Below the pieces are notes generated by a model. The model saw nothing but the letters and a program-made list of their open reading frames with translations. It searched no databases and was not told the DNA's origin. Positions 10,470 to 20,118 of a stretch of DNA of 64,000 nt are shown piece by piece; position 1 is the first letter of the stretch, and each line of letters opens with the position of its first letter. Source of the DNA: a virus (Duplodnaviria; Caudoviricetes); the IMG/VR virus record IMGVR_UViG_2600254917_000001, positions 31,254-95,253 of that record. One strand, given 5' to 3'. The translations under genes and the position numbers were made by a program.

Positions 10470-10882
10470 TACGTGGAAATTTCAATTAATTATTCCACAC
10501 AACAAGCGATCCTGCAAAGGCAAATGCCGTACATAACTTATTGGTTATGTAGAAGAAAACAAAAAAGATGGGGATAGGATCTTTTCACGTACAGGAAATC
10601 AATCCACATATATCAGGAAAAGTTTCCACATATGGTTCTAACGCTCTCACGATGAATACAGGAAAGTACTCCACGTATTGATAAAGACGCTGGAATATCG
10701 CGGCCTTGAAAGGGGGATGCCATCAGGAAAAAGCTCCACATTTAATGCAACAGAAAATTCCTCCACGTTAAGCTATTGATATAGCAAAAGTTATTCACAG
10801 AAAAAAACTCCACGTGGATCGTAAAAAGGATCCACGTGTGTCAGAAAAAGGATCCACACAGTACAGATAATCACTCCACATT
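10470..10882. repeat. Plasmid origin: about 9 direct iterons (CAGRAAANNNNTCCACRY-like), DnaA box, GATC sites
   Basis: Copies at about 10592, 10614, 10659, 10724, 10751, 10798, 10820, 10842, 10864; inverted copy near 10470; TTATTCACA at 10791; several GATC. Confidence 0.85.
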
Positions 10883-11039
10883 TAGGAGGTAAAGCTACTG
10901 ATTATTAAAGATTTTTTCGGCGATAAAAGGAAGTGGAAAGATGAACATTAACAAACGCTCTCGCGTTTGATCGAGGATCTAAAACATGAATGCATAAGAT
11001 CGCACCTCCTATCTGCCACCTTTAGCATCATGGTCAACG

Positions 11040-12371
11040 CTACGTAGCTCCCAAGTTAAAAAGTGTGCCCGGCTGCACTTCAGATAATCTTTTTTCTACT
11101 ATATCAATAACATCACTTAGCACCAGAGGCTCAACAGCAAACATATCATTAACAGCTGCCCCTGATTTTTTCAGCTCTTCGTTGATGACTTCTGCCATGA
11201 TCTTGAAGGCAGCTCCCATGCGCTTTGCAGATCTATTATTGCGACTGATGAAGATCGCTAGGGCTTTAACTTCATCCGACACATCCTCAAATAACCCTAA
11301 TTGCTGAACAAACTCTTCGACTGATTGTTCATTGCTCTTGGCCTGCCGAACGAGGTCAGCTGCGTCAACGAGCGAGCGTAACGCCTGTTTATCAAGGCTA
11401 TCTACAGCTTCGATTGATGAGCAAATATCACCAACAGTCTGCCGGTGAACTTCACCGGATAAATACTGCATATCGATAAAAGCTGGGGCTGCTACGTTCA
11501 AAGCCGTAAGGATATTGCGTATCTCGGGATCGGGTTCTTCCGCAACCAGCTTCACCAGCATTTCGTTTTTATAGGCTTTGGCAAATATGGCGTTTTGCAT
11601 TCTATCCAGCAGCTGGCGGGTAGGGCGCCCATCTGCTGTCACAAGTCCGGCTGTCGCCGTATCTCCAAGTGAAGCCAGGAACGCCTTGATAAAACCTTCG
11701 TTGGTTTTAGCCAACAGGTTGCCGTTCTCAGCCGGAGAAAAGAGGGCCATTACGTCGGGCGTCATATTCTCGGCGTCAGCATAGGCCTTTTCGCTCGCGG
11801 CCATATCCTGGAGATCTGATATGTTGCTGTCTTTGGCAAATTGCACGCGGTCGACGTTATCCAACCGTACCCGGACCAGGACCGGATTCTGCTTCGACGA
11901 GATATCGGAAGAGTTAATGCCGTAAAGGGTGGCGTTATCGATCAGATACTGCCGGTAGTTATCAGCTTTTCCTTCGGCGTACGCTTTTAGGATCCCCATC
12001 GTACGCCCGTTTCCTGATTCCACTACGTTGTCATGACCCACGATAGGGGAGCCGTGGCTCGATAAGCCTGAATCAGTCAGGCGCTGCGGCATAATGTTGT
12101 TCGAGATGGCGTTGACCTGCAGAATGCTGCTTTTACGCGTACGATCCCGCGGCTGAAGCTCTGGCGGGAAATTAGGGTTAATGCGGCCGTCGAGCATGTT
12201 GGACATGATCAGATCAGTGGCCTCAACCACTTTGAAAGCAGTCTTCACCTCTTTGCCTTTTGGTGTAACGATATAAGCGACTCGACCTGTGTGCGTCTGG
12301 GTAGCCGTAGTAAGCAACGAGAGCACTTCGGCTACGCTCTGAGCCAGTTCTATTTGTTGATAAATAACCAT
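11040..12371 (-). CDS. ddrB: DdrB (ParB-like domain) defence-against-restriction protein
   Basis: ELQPRDRTR..LTDSGLSSHG.PI....VESGNGRTMG characteristic of P1 DdrB. Confidence 0.85.
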   Translation of the reverse strand: MVIYQQIELAQSVAEVLSLLTTATQTHTGRVAYIVTPKGKEVKTAFKVVEATDLIMSNMLDGRINPNFPPELQPRDRTRKSSILQVNAISNNIMPQRLTDSGLSSHGSPIVGHDNVVESGNGRTMGILKAYAEGKADNYRQYLIDNATLYGINSSDISSKQNPVLVRVRLDNVDRVQFAKDSNISDLQDMAASEKAYADAENMTPDVMALFSPAENGNLLAKTNEGFIKAFLASLGDTATAGLVTADGRPTRQLLDRMQNAIFAKAYKNEMLVKLVAEEPDPEIRNILTALNVAAPAFIDMQYLSGEVHRQTVGDICSSIEAVDSLDKQALRSLVDAADLVRQAKSNEQSVEEFVQQLGLFEDVSDEVKALAIFISRNNRSAKRMGAAFKIMAEVINEELKKSGAAVNDMFAVEPLVLSDVIDIVEKRLSEVQPGTLFNLGAT

Positions 12372-12391
12372 AATAAATTTAACGTTATGTG

Positions 12392-12408
12392 ATATCCTAC
12401 TAAACAAT
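12392..12408 (+). promoter_or_regulatory. Putative C1 operator upstream of dnaB/ban
   Basis: ATATCCTACTAAACAAT; P1 ban is C1-controlled. Confidence 0.65.
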
Positions 12409-12489
12409 ATCAATATCATAATTGCACCGCTGCTGGTCATCCGCACGCGGGTGCGTATACTGCATAAAAAAACCGAGATGGTTGAAGTG

Positions 12490-13893
12490 ATGCCCGAACA
12501 ACAAAACGAGATATACCAGGCCCCGGCCGATCACCGCGTCGATGCCCTGAAGTCGCCACCGCACTCAATCGAAGCCGAGCAGGCGGTGCTGGGTGGTCTG
12601 ATGTTGGATAATGATCGTTGGGATGATGTCGCCGAGCGCGTCAGCGAGTCGGATTTTTATACCCGCGCTCACCGGAACATTTTCCGGCAGATGGGTACGC
12701 TTCAGAAAATGGGCTCACCCATCGACCTCGTTACTCTCGCTGAGGCTATCGAGCGCGCTGGCTTCATTGATTCAGTTGGCGGGTTCGCCTATCTTGCCGA
12801 ACTGAGCAAAAACACGCCCAGCGCGGCAAACATTCTCGCGTACGCTGATATCGTTCGTGAGCGCGCCGTCATTCGCTCGTTAATCAGCGTCGGCAATGAG
12901 ATCGTTAACGATGGTTTCAACCCAAAAGGGCGCACTGTAGACGCGCTGCTGGACGAAGCTGAAGCGCGGATATTCAACATCGCTGAACATCGCTCCAGCA
13001 ATGAAAGCGGTCCGAAGCGCATGACGCAAATGTTGACCGAGGTTGTGAATAAGATTGAAGAGCTCTATAGCAATCCTCACGATGGCGTGACGGGGCTCGA
13101 TACCGGATTTACCGACCTCAATAGAAAAACAGCAGGCCTTCAACCGTCGGACCTGATTATTGTCGCGGCGCGCCCGTCAATGGGTAAGACCGCATTTGCG
13201 ATGAACATATGCGAAAACGCCGCTATGTTGAACGATAAGCCGGTATTGGTTTTCAGTCTTGAAATGCCAGCAAACCAGCTCACGATGCGTATGTTGTCGT
13301 CGTTCTCGCGTGTCGATCTCACCCGCTTACGTACCGGTCAACTCGATGATGGAGACTGGGGACGTATCGCTACCTCGATGAAGATGCTATTGGAGAAAGA
13401 TAACATTCTCATCGACGACGCTTCCTCCCTGACGCCTGGCGAGCTGCGCGCACGTGCCCGCCGGGTCTACCGCGAGCACGGTGGGTTAAGCATGATCATG
13501 GTCGATTACCTTCAGCTCATGCAGGTGCCATCGCTATCTGACAACCGCACGCTCGAAATATCTGAGATATCCCGTTCTTTAAAGGCGCTGGCTAAAGAAT
13601 TGCAGGTTCCGGTGGTCGCTTTATCTCAGCTAAACCGTTCTCTGGAACAACGAGCGAATAAACGCCCGGTCAACTCCGATTTGAGGGAGTCAGGCTCAAT
13701 CGAGCAGGACGCCGATTTGATCATGTTCATTTACAGAGACGAGGTCTATAACGAGAACTCTGAATATAAGGGCGTGGCAGAAATTATTATCGGGAAGCAG
13801 AGAAATGGTCCGATCGGCACTGTACGCCTGACTTTCAACGGCAAGTATGCACGCTTTGATAACTACACCGGTCCGCAGTACGATGATGACTAA
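12490..13893 (+). CDS. dnaB: Replicative DNA helicase DnaB (Ban)
   Basis: PPHSIEAEQAVLG, AARPSMGKT, VDYLQLM, DLRESGSIEQDAD. Confidence 0.97.
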   Translation: MPEQQNEIYQAPADHRVDALKSPPHSIEAEQAVLGGLMLDNDRWDDVAERVSESDFYTRAHRNIFRQMGTLQKMGSPIDLVTLAEAIERAGFIDSVGGFAYLAELSKNTPSAANILAYADIVRERAVIRSLISVGNEIVNDGFNPKGRTVDALLDEAEARIFNIAEHRSSNESGPKRMTQMLTEVVNKIEELYSNPHDGVTGLDTGFTDLNRKTAGLQPSDLIIVAARPSMGKTAFAMNICENAAMLNDKPVLVFSLEMPANQLTMRMLSSFSRVDLTRLRTGQLDDGDWGRIATSMKMLLEKDNILIDDASSLTPGELRARARRVYREHGGLSMIMVDYLQLMQVPSLSDNRTLEISEISRSLKALAKELQVPVVALSQLNRSLEQRANKRPVNSDLRESGSIEQDADLIMFIYRDEVYNENSEYKGVAEIIIGKQRNGPIGTVRLTFNGKYARFDNYTGPQYDDD

Positions 13894-14167
13894 TGTAATT
13901 GTAACTTATTGAATTATATAGCCAGGCGGAATGTGTATAGTCTGGCTTAATGATTTTGGGCTCAGTATATTGATTTTGTTGAAAAAATAATCGAATTTTT
14001 CCTCCCTGAATTTACAATCGCTTAAGACTACGTCGTTTGTACGCTCATCTTTTTACTTTGTTCTGCATCAAAAAAACCGCAAACATGTTTGATGCGAAAC
14101 AGTTGTAAGTTCCCCTAAAATACCCAGCAGAACCAGATGGGACGCGCTTTCAGTGATGAGAGAGCAT

Positions 14168-14256
14168 AAAAAAAGCCCAACTGGTTTCGTTGGGCCTTTT
14201 TCATTTTTGGTACGGACTGGCGGGTCTGTACCGGATGAAACTGTCTTCATCTAACG
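14168..14256 (-). ncRNA. Putative type I antitoxin sRNA (AgrB-like)
   Basis: TTGATT-17-TATCAT promoter; 17 nt complementary to toxin leader 14407-14423; intrinsic terminator 14168-14201. Confidence 0.65.
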
Positions 14257-14498
14257 TTGCGAATGATATGCCCGGGTGATCCCAAAATCAACGGGGCGAG
14301 ATCATGAAATCGTTAGTGAAATTGTAAAGGCCTGGCGAGCGTGGAGTTTTTTTCACGCTCCTGGCTGGCGAGCGAAGTTTGCAAACCAGTGCTCCAACAA
14401 CGAGGGAACTGTCTTCATCTAACAGCGTTGGCAGGCCGTAGCGACGGGAAGTGTAAGAGTAAGCTACTGCTGTTCCTCTCGCAGTTTATGGAGGAACT

Positions 14499-14576
14499 AT
14501 GATCGACATTGACCATGTGATCTTAGCTCTGAACGCACTTCTAGTGTGTTTAGAGATAGCTAAAGCCTTCCTCTAA
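14499..14576 (+). CDS. DinQ-like type I toxin peptide (25 aa, MIDIDHVILALNALLVCLEIAKAFL)
   Basis: GGAGG RBS sequestered by GTTCCTC hairpin; hydrophobic; terminator follows. Confidence 0.65.
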   Translation: MIDIDHVILALNALLVCLEIAKAFL

Positions 14577-14713
14577 GGCTTATAGCGCCTTCAAGGCCAG
14601 AGCCAGTCTCTGGCCTTTTTTTATTCTGTATCAACATTTCAAATAGCCAAAAGCCGATAATCGAATCTCGAAAACTGTTAACTATATGTTTTAATTAATC
14701 ATTTGGTGAATAT

Positions 14714-15046
14714 ATGAAGGGATTTATATTAGCTTTGGCGGTACTTCTTCCAGTTAGTGCATTTGCAACAGATTACACCAAAGTTAACTGCACCAGCGAT
14801 AGCGCCCGTTCGATGTTATTAGAAGAATACAATCGGATGCTCAAGGAACATGCTCAAGACGTGTCTGTTGTTGATTTATATGATATGAAGATTATAAAGC
14901 AATCAGAAAAGACTTTGGTTTGTGAAGGCCTAATGGATTTTTCTACTGGTGAAACCGGGATTTCAGGGACATTTAGTTTGAAGGATAATTCTTTCGGTAA
15001 AGCTACGATCTTCGTTAAGCTGAATGTCGAAGATGAAGAAGAATGA
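14714..15046 (+). CDS. Exported hypothetical protein
   Basis: Signal peptide ending SAFA, two Cys, AT-rich. Confidence 0.65.
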   Translation: MKGFILALAVLLPVSAFATDYTKVNCTSDSARSMLLEEYNRMLKEHAQDVSVVDLYDMKIIKQSEKTLVCEGLMDFSTGETGISGTFSLKDNSFGKATIFVKLNVEDEEE

Positions 15047-15093
15047 TAGCGATACGCAAGTGCCGAATGTTCAGGCACTTGCGTAACGAGTCA

Positions 15094-15474
15094 CTATGCT
15101 GCCCGGGCAAACTTATCGGGATTGTTGCTTACCCAGGCAACCGCGCCTTTTTTAACTTCATCAAGGGAGATGTACTCGGGTTCGTACGCATCAATCTGCC
15201 TCAGTGTTTTAATGAAATCACTTGCCGGCACGGAAGAGAATACGCCCGCCTTAAAGTCAGTAACGATCTGTGGCTCTTCCCCTGCTGGTGGTTTACCCGG
15301 GGCCTCCGGTTCTGGCTTAGTCTCTTCATCTGCGCTGTAACCCAGTAGAATCAGGACTTCGTTAATCTGTTCGAGCAATTCAAGCAGATCGAGTCCTTTC
15401 GCGGTTGGGCGTTGTATGAGAAGGTCAACAAGTCGGTCCTGAAGGTCGAGCCGTTGGAGTGGTGATAAGCTCAT
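15094..15474 (-). CDS. ddrA: DdrA
   Basis: Resembles P1 DdrA; directly after darA. Confidence 0.75.
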   Translation of the reverse strand: MSLSPLQRLDLQDRLVDLLIQRPTAKGLDLLELLEQINEVLILLGYSADEETKPEPEAPGKPPAGEEPQIVTDFKAGVFSSVPASDFIKTLRQIDAYEPEYISLDEVKKGAVAWVSNNPDKFARAA

Positions 15475-15478
15475 CGTG

Positions 15479-17443
15479 TTACCCCTTTGCTATTTGCTGC
15501 ATAAGATCGCCCAAGTGCTGACTGGCCGTGTCAAACATATTCTGATACTGCTCCAGCACACCAGCGCCATCCAGAACGGCGTAAGCTTCACGAAGTTTCT
15601 TTAGATGCTCCTTTATCTCGGTTAGGCTGGCGTCAGTTAGCGCTGCGGCGCTCTGAATGGCTTCAAGGGCTGCAGTTACCTCTGCATTGTTGCCTGGTTC
15701 AACAGGGTCAGGTTTTTCCTCTTCCGGGTTCGGTATCGGTTCCGGCATTTCAGGATCTGGGGTTGAAGTGATGAAAATTGGCGTACCTTCAGACAGCGCA
15801 CCAGCAATTTGCTCTGTGTGGTAGCTGGCCATCTGAAATACATCTTCGTAACGGGCTTGATATGCCTCGTTTGAATAGATGATCTTGCCCGCTTCACTCA
15901 ATTTGTTTTCGGCCTCCCGCCACTCTTCCATGGTGGGCTGATTCGATAAATTGGCAACATAATTCAGATTTTGGAGAGCCAGTTTTAAGTCATCTGGCAT
16001 TTCATCAGGTATCAGGAAACGTTTTGGCTGGGGGAGCTCAATCCCACCTGCAGAAAACTCCTCCTGAAGCTCAACGAGGTGAGCATCCGCTTTATTCAGC
16101 TGGTCGATATACTGGTCAAGAACGTGGGCGCCTTGTAATGCGTAACGCTGCTGAAGGAGCTGCTTAGCAGCATTGTCGACGGCTTCAGAGCCGGACTTAA
16201 TTGTTAATGCATTGGCGCTGTCAATGGCAGCGAGCGCGGCGTCGATGATTGATTTAGTTGCATCGTTTGAAGCCATATCATTCGCCTTGTACTTATCAGC
16301 TTTCCCGTCACGATACAGCTTCAGCAGCTTCTTGGCTGTGTCCTGCATCGCTCCGCCTTGTGAGGATGGACTATCAATTTTATACACACCGCCATCCGGC
16401 GCAGTGATCGTCACCCAGCCAACAAGCTCACCATTTTTGTCTGCACTGTTCATTTGAATGACCGCGCCGTTTGAGAGGGTGTGTTGACCGCCCATCTGCA
16501 GGTTTTGGGTTACCTGGCGGGTTTTATCCTCAATATCAGGCTTAACCGTGACCGGTGCTGGTGGCTCTTTATCAGGTTCACGGTTCGGTAGCTGTGCCTT
16601 CATCTTGTCAATTTCAGTCTGTAGTGAAGCGTTAATGGATGCCTGCTTGTCTGCCAGCTTACGGTATTTATCGTACTCATTATCGAGCTCCACGCCGGTA
16701 GCGTTGAGCTGGTCTCCCTGGTCTACGAGTGCGCTAATTTGGCCTGCCAGCTCGGTGCTGGTGGCTTCAACTTCGTTAATATCGGCCAGCAGGCGGGCAT
16801 TTTTATCGCGGGAACGCTGGAATTTCTCAGAGTTTCGCTCAATCAGGTTAGACAGGATCTGCGTCGTCTGTTTTAACGACATGTCCCGGCCGCCCATCGG
16901 CACCACTGTATGAGTCACGTCGCGTTTATTGAGGAAAAAGCGAAACGCAACCAGCGTATCATTTGACGTGATTTTTGACGTGTCGCCAGTCGGCGAGTGG
17001 AAGACTATGGTAACCGTCTGGCCGTCGCTCAAGGGTATCTGAGCAGGGAGTAGGGCGATGCTGCCAAATCGGCGCGCTTTGCCAATCTCCGCCCCGCCCA
17101 GAACCCGACTACCGTCAGAAACAGAGGCGGCATCGGATACGCCTGCAGTAATCCCCGTTCCCGTGAGCGCCTCGTTCAGCGAACGAACAAAGGCGCGCAT
17201 GGTTTGCGAAATACGCGCACGGCTGGTGGTAATGGCTTCGAGTAACATACCAACAGACAGATCGAGGTCGGTATCGTAGAAATATAGCGATTCGAAATCG
17301 TTCATATCCCATGATTCAAGCAGAAGATGGTGCTGGCCATTTGATTGAAGCTCATCGAATCGCTGATCGCTCACCGCATAATTATGTAGGTCCATGCGGT
17401 CCCTGATCGTTATTGCGTCACGCATGCGCAAATTAGTTAGCAT
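15479..17443 (-). CDS. darA: DarA defence-against-restriction head protein
   Basis: MLLEAITT..LSDGQTVTIVFHSPTGD..LNKRDVTHTV.PMGGRDM DarA motifs; operon order. Confidence 0.9.
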   Translation of the reverse strand: MLTNLRMRDAITIRDRMDLHNYAVSDQRFDELQSNGQHHLLLESWDMNDFESLYFYDTDLDLSVGMLLEAITTSRARISQTMRAFVRSLNEALTGTGITAGVSDAASVSDGSRVLGGAEIGKARRFGSIALLPAQIPLSDGQTVTIVFHSPTGDTSKITSNDTLVAFRFFLNKRDVTHTVVPMGGRDMSLKQTTQILSNLIERNSEKFQRSRDKNARLLADINEVEATSTELAGQISALVDQGDQLNATGVELDNEYDKYRKLADKQASINASLQTEIDKMKAQLPNREPDKEPPAPVTVKPDIEDKTRQVTQNLQMGGQHTLSNGAVIQMNSADKNGELVGWVTITAPDGGVYKIDSPSSQGGAMQDTAKKLLKLYRDGKADKYKANDMASNDATKSIIDAALAAIDSANALTIKSGSEAVDNAAKQLLQQRYALQGAHVLDQYIDQLNKADAHLVELQEEFSAGGIELPQPKRFLIPDEMPDDLKLALQNLNYVANLSNQPTMEEWREAENKLSEAGKIIYSNEAYQARYEDVFQMASYHTEQIAGALSEGTPIFITSTPDPEMPEPIPNPEEEKPDPVEPGNNAEVTAALEAIQSAAALTDASLTEIKEHLKKLREAYAVLDGAGVLEQYQNMFDTASQHLGDLMQQIAKG

Positions 17444-18059
17444 TCAATTCGCCCTCCAGGTTAGCGAGCTGTGATTTTAACTGCCGGGTCATGGCGCGTT
17501 CCGTTTCCAGTCGGGCTTTTTCCTGATCCAGCTGACTGCGAACGCCAGCCTGGCGTGTCTGCTCCTCAGCGATGACCTTATTCAACGTCTCGACCTTTGC
17601 GTTGTTCGAAGCTGCAACCTCTTTGGCCTCGGAAAGACGTTGGACATTGGATTTAACCTGCGGTCTGGCCGTGAGTTTTTTTGTGGCGCCAGCAACCTTT
17701 TTCGCCAGGCTCTTGGCAAAAGCAGGTGCAGCCTGCTCAGCTGCGCGACCAATAATCTGTCCCATGGACGCGACGGTCTTCGCATGAGGAAGAGGCATCT
17801 TCTTGCCATTGATCGTGAAGCCAGAAATGTCGCCGGTGTCGTTAACCTGTAAAACGATCTCCTGCTGATCCTCAAGGTGTAGCGACACGGTTTTGACCGG
17901 AATACCATCTTTCTTAGTCGCTTTATTCGTTGAATCGACGGAAACGACGTCTGGGCCTGCTTTATTTATCGCCGTAATGAGGGTCTTCAGACCTTTTTCG
18001 TTGATCTGTTCAAAGTTCAGAACGGCGTACTGCTGTTTATTCGGCGCTGGCATGTTCAT
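17433..18059 (-). CDS. hdf: Hdf (DarA-fragment homolog)
   Basis: YAVLNFEQINEKGLK..KKDGIPVK..QVNDTGDI; between lydB and darA. Confidence 0.8.
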   Translation of the reverse strand: MNMPAPNKQQYAVLNFEQINEKGLKTLITAINKAGPDVVSVDSTNKATKKDGIPVKTVSLHLEDQQEIVLQVNDTGDISGFTINGKKMPLPHAKTVASMGQIIGRAAEQAAPAFAKSLAKKVAGATKKLTARPQVKSNVQRLSEAKEVAASNNAKVETLNKVIAEEQTRQAGVRSQLDQEKARLETERAMTRQLKSQLANLEGELNAN

Positions 18060-18501
18060 TACTCTCTGCGTTCAGCGTGTAAGTGCGTTCCACGTTGTCG
18101 ACGAACGGGAACAGGCGGTAGAAGGGATTCCAGTTCATAAAGGACTTGCCATGGATGACACGAACCTTTAATACCCATTCGCCACTGTGGCGTACCTGCG
18201 ATTTGTTGATCGCTAAATATTCTTCTTGGATGCCGCGAGACATGACCAGCGGCCGGGTTTTGCCCTGGATAACCAATACCGGGCGTTGCTTATCAATGAG
18301 CTGATACTGCACAACGCCGTCGTGTTTTGCGGCCTTCGTTTTGTAGCGGAGGGGAAACAAGAATTGATCACCGTCGTCAACAACATCACCCAGCGGGATA
18401 TCGTGTAATCTCAAGCGTCTCAGTCGCAGTATCAAGCGGTCTACTGCCAGCACACCTACAACAACTGCAAGACTTGATAAATGGCTTCCTAATTCGGTCA
18501 T
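18037..18501 (-). CDS. lydB: LydB (antiholin)-like protein
   Basis: N-terminal hydrophobic segment; position between holin and hdf. Confidence 0.65.
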   Translation of the reverse strand: MTELGSHLSSLAVVVGVLAVDRLILRLRRLRLHDIPLGDVVDDGDQFLFPLRYKTKAAKHDGVVQYQLIDKQRPVLVIQGKTRPLVMSRGIQEEYLAINKSQVRHSGEWVLKVRVIHGKSFMNWNPFYRLFPFVDNVERTYTLNAESNEHASAE

Positions 18502-18833
18502 TTCTTCCCTCCGTTGGTACTAAAGTGCGAGAGCCAGCGCTTAACAAACTCAACGCTGCCAGGCCCAACAAGAGCCATTACCTCGTCGCCATTGCTTGAA
18601 AGTAAAATAATTAACCCGTAGATCAGCTTTTCCGGCAGCTCGCGCCACTGGCCGATGAATGCGGTCAAGATGCCGACCATGATCGCCATCGTTATGTCTG
18701 CACCCAGCTCAAGCACGGTGGTTTTTTTACTGCCGTTTCTGACATCGCATAAGTAACCGCCCAGCCCACTCATAATTGATAGCGGGACGGCAAGCACGAC
18801 CTGCGGGAGCTCGCTGATAAAATTGATACTCAC
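18498..18833 (-). CDS. lydA: LydA holin
   Basis: Three TM segments, SGLGGYL.D motif; first gene of dar operon. Confidence 0.75.
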   Translation of the reverse strand: MSINFISELPQVVLAVPLSIMSGLGGYLCDVRNGSKKTTVLELGADITMAIMVGILTAFIGQWRELPEKLIYGLIILLSSNGDEVMALVGPGSVEFVKRWLSHFSTNGGKK

Positions 18834-19085
18834 GGTGCCTCCTTAGTTTTCGCCGGAGGCTAACTTAAATGCACCGCGCGGTGTATTTATGTGCAATGAG
18901 CTCGATTTAGGAATATGTAAAGGTTGATGCACATAAAATATGTATCTTATGCATTCAATATAAATCTAAGGTGCATTTGATAGGTGTATTTTGTGATTGC
19001 CACAAAATAATAAAGTGTTAGTATAGGATTATGTGTCGCCGTCCGCCGCTTGACCTTCATTAACGGCTTCGAGTAGCGTGATAAA

Positions 19086-19165
19086 GCACCAGCAAAATCT
19101 GGTGCCGGGATTGGCGTCCCGGAAATGGTTACAGGCGACACAGACGCGCCAGCGTCTTTTTTTTT
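19086..19165 (+). ncRNA. c4: C4 antisense RNA, copy 1 (loops TTGGCGT / GTTACAGG)
   Basis: GCACCAGCAAAATCTGGTGC-CGGGA..TCCCG scaffold, terminator-like 3' end; TTGACC..TAGCGT promoter. Confidence 0.85.
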
Positions 19166-19194
19166 GTGTCAGTGCTCTTGCACACCTATAGAAT

Positions 19195-19330
19195 TATGGT
19201 GGCTCGGGCAGGGCCACCGAAAGGTGGGCCGGTTTCCTGTAACGCCGGTTACGCCAACCCTGTTCGGGCCATCACCATGAATTGGCGTTCGTGTTGATGG
19301 TTATCATGACCGTTACAGGAGACTGCCTTC
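19195..19330 (+). promoter_or_regulatory. C4 target leader (a/b elements), copy 1
   Basis: CCTGTAAC and ACGCCAA complementary to C4-1 loops; sense copies TTGGCGT and GTTACAGG before the RBS. Confidence 0.8.
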
Positions 19331-19810
19331 ATGGCTACCACCCCTACCCAAACTCAGCCGTCATCTGACGAACTGGCCTACTTGGCACTTAACGCGCTGC
19401 GTTTCTCGATGTACATCAGCCTGTCAGATCCGGCCTGCGCTGAAGCATTAGCAACACGAATCCTTTTAACCAATCCATCAGAAAATCATTCCACATTAAG
19501 CGACAACCAGCTCCAGCTCGATGCCGTAAAGCGCGCGATATGGCGCGCATGGGATATGTCACCGGTTGTCACAGACTACCGCCGTGCATGGCTGCAGGAC
19601 GACGATCTGGACCTGTCACCAGACGATGCGCTTCCCGTTCTCTTTGCGAAGTTCTCTCAGCTGCGTACGTTGATCAGCTGCGCAGAAAAGCTGCTGGAGC
19701 CGCTCGGCAGCAATACGTATCTCGAAGACGTGCGCCAGCTGCTCGGAACCGCGTCGGACATTGCTGGTGGCGCGCTCGTCATGTCAGTGTTTGATGGGGA
19801 GGCAGCATGA
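19331..19810 (+). CDS. Conserved first gene of C4-controlled operon (Icd position), copy 1
   Basis: 159 aa, closely paralogous to 33588 and 61487 ORFs. Confidence 0.75.
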   Translation: MATTPTQTQPSSDELAYLALNALRFSMYISLSDPACAEALATRILLTNPSENHSTLSDNQLQLDAVKRAIWRAWDMSPVVTDYRRAWLQDDDLDLSPDDALPVLFAKFSQLRTLISCAEKLLEPLGSNTYLEDVRQLLGTASDIAGGALVMSVFDGEAA

Positions 19811-20118
19811 AATCTATCCACGTAAACTTTCATGGTACCGAGCTGTTTATCATCGAGCACAACGGCGAACCGTATACACCGATGAAACCGATCGTTGAAG
19901 GAATGGGGCTGGACTGGAAAAGTCAGTTGGTTAAGTTTAACAAGCGGTTTAACTCAACTATGGTGGAAATCACCATGGTTGCAGCAGACGATAAATCCCG
20001 CGGTATGATCTGTCTTCCGCTGCGCAAGCTTGTTGCGTGGCTAAACAGCATTAGCGCGAACAAAGTAAAGCCGGAGCTACGAAACCGCCTGCTGCAATGC
20101 CAGGAGGGTATCGCATGA
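19807..20118 (+). CDS. Phage antirepressor N-terminal domain protein (P22 Ant N-like)
   Basis: VNFHGTELF..HNGEPYTPMKPIVEGMGLDWKSQ..CLPLRKL.AWL.SI..NKV. Confidence 0.8.
   Translation: MKSIHVNFHGTELFIIEHNGEPYTPMKPIVEGMGLDWKSQLVKFNKRFNSTMVEITMVAADDKSRGMICLPLRKLVAWLNSISANKVKPELRNRLLQCQEGIA

Noticed and set aside
10590-10882. Repeat array that might be taken for a CRISPR
   Set aside because: Units are degenerate 18-19-mers with irregular short spacing next to a rep gene, and no cas genes are present; these are iterons.
19086-19165. Cloverleaf-like fold suggesting a tRNA
   Set aside because: No T-loop or anticodon-arm consensus; matches the C4 RNA scaffold.
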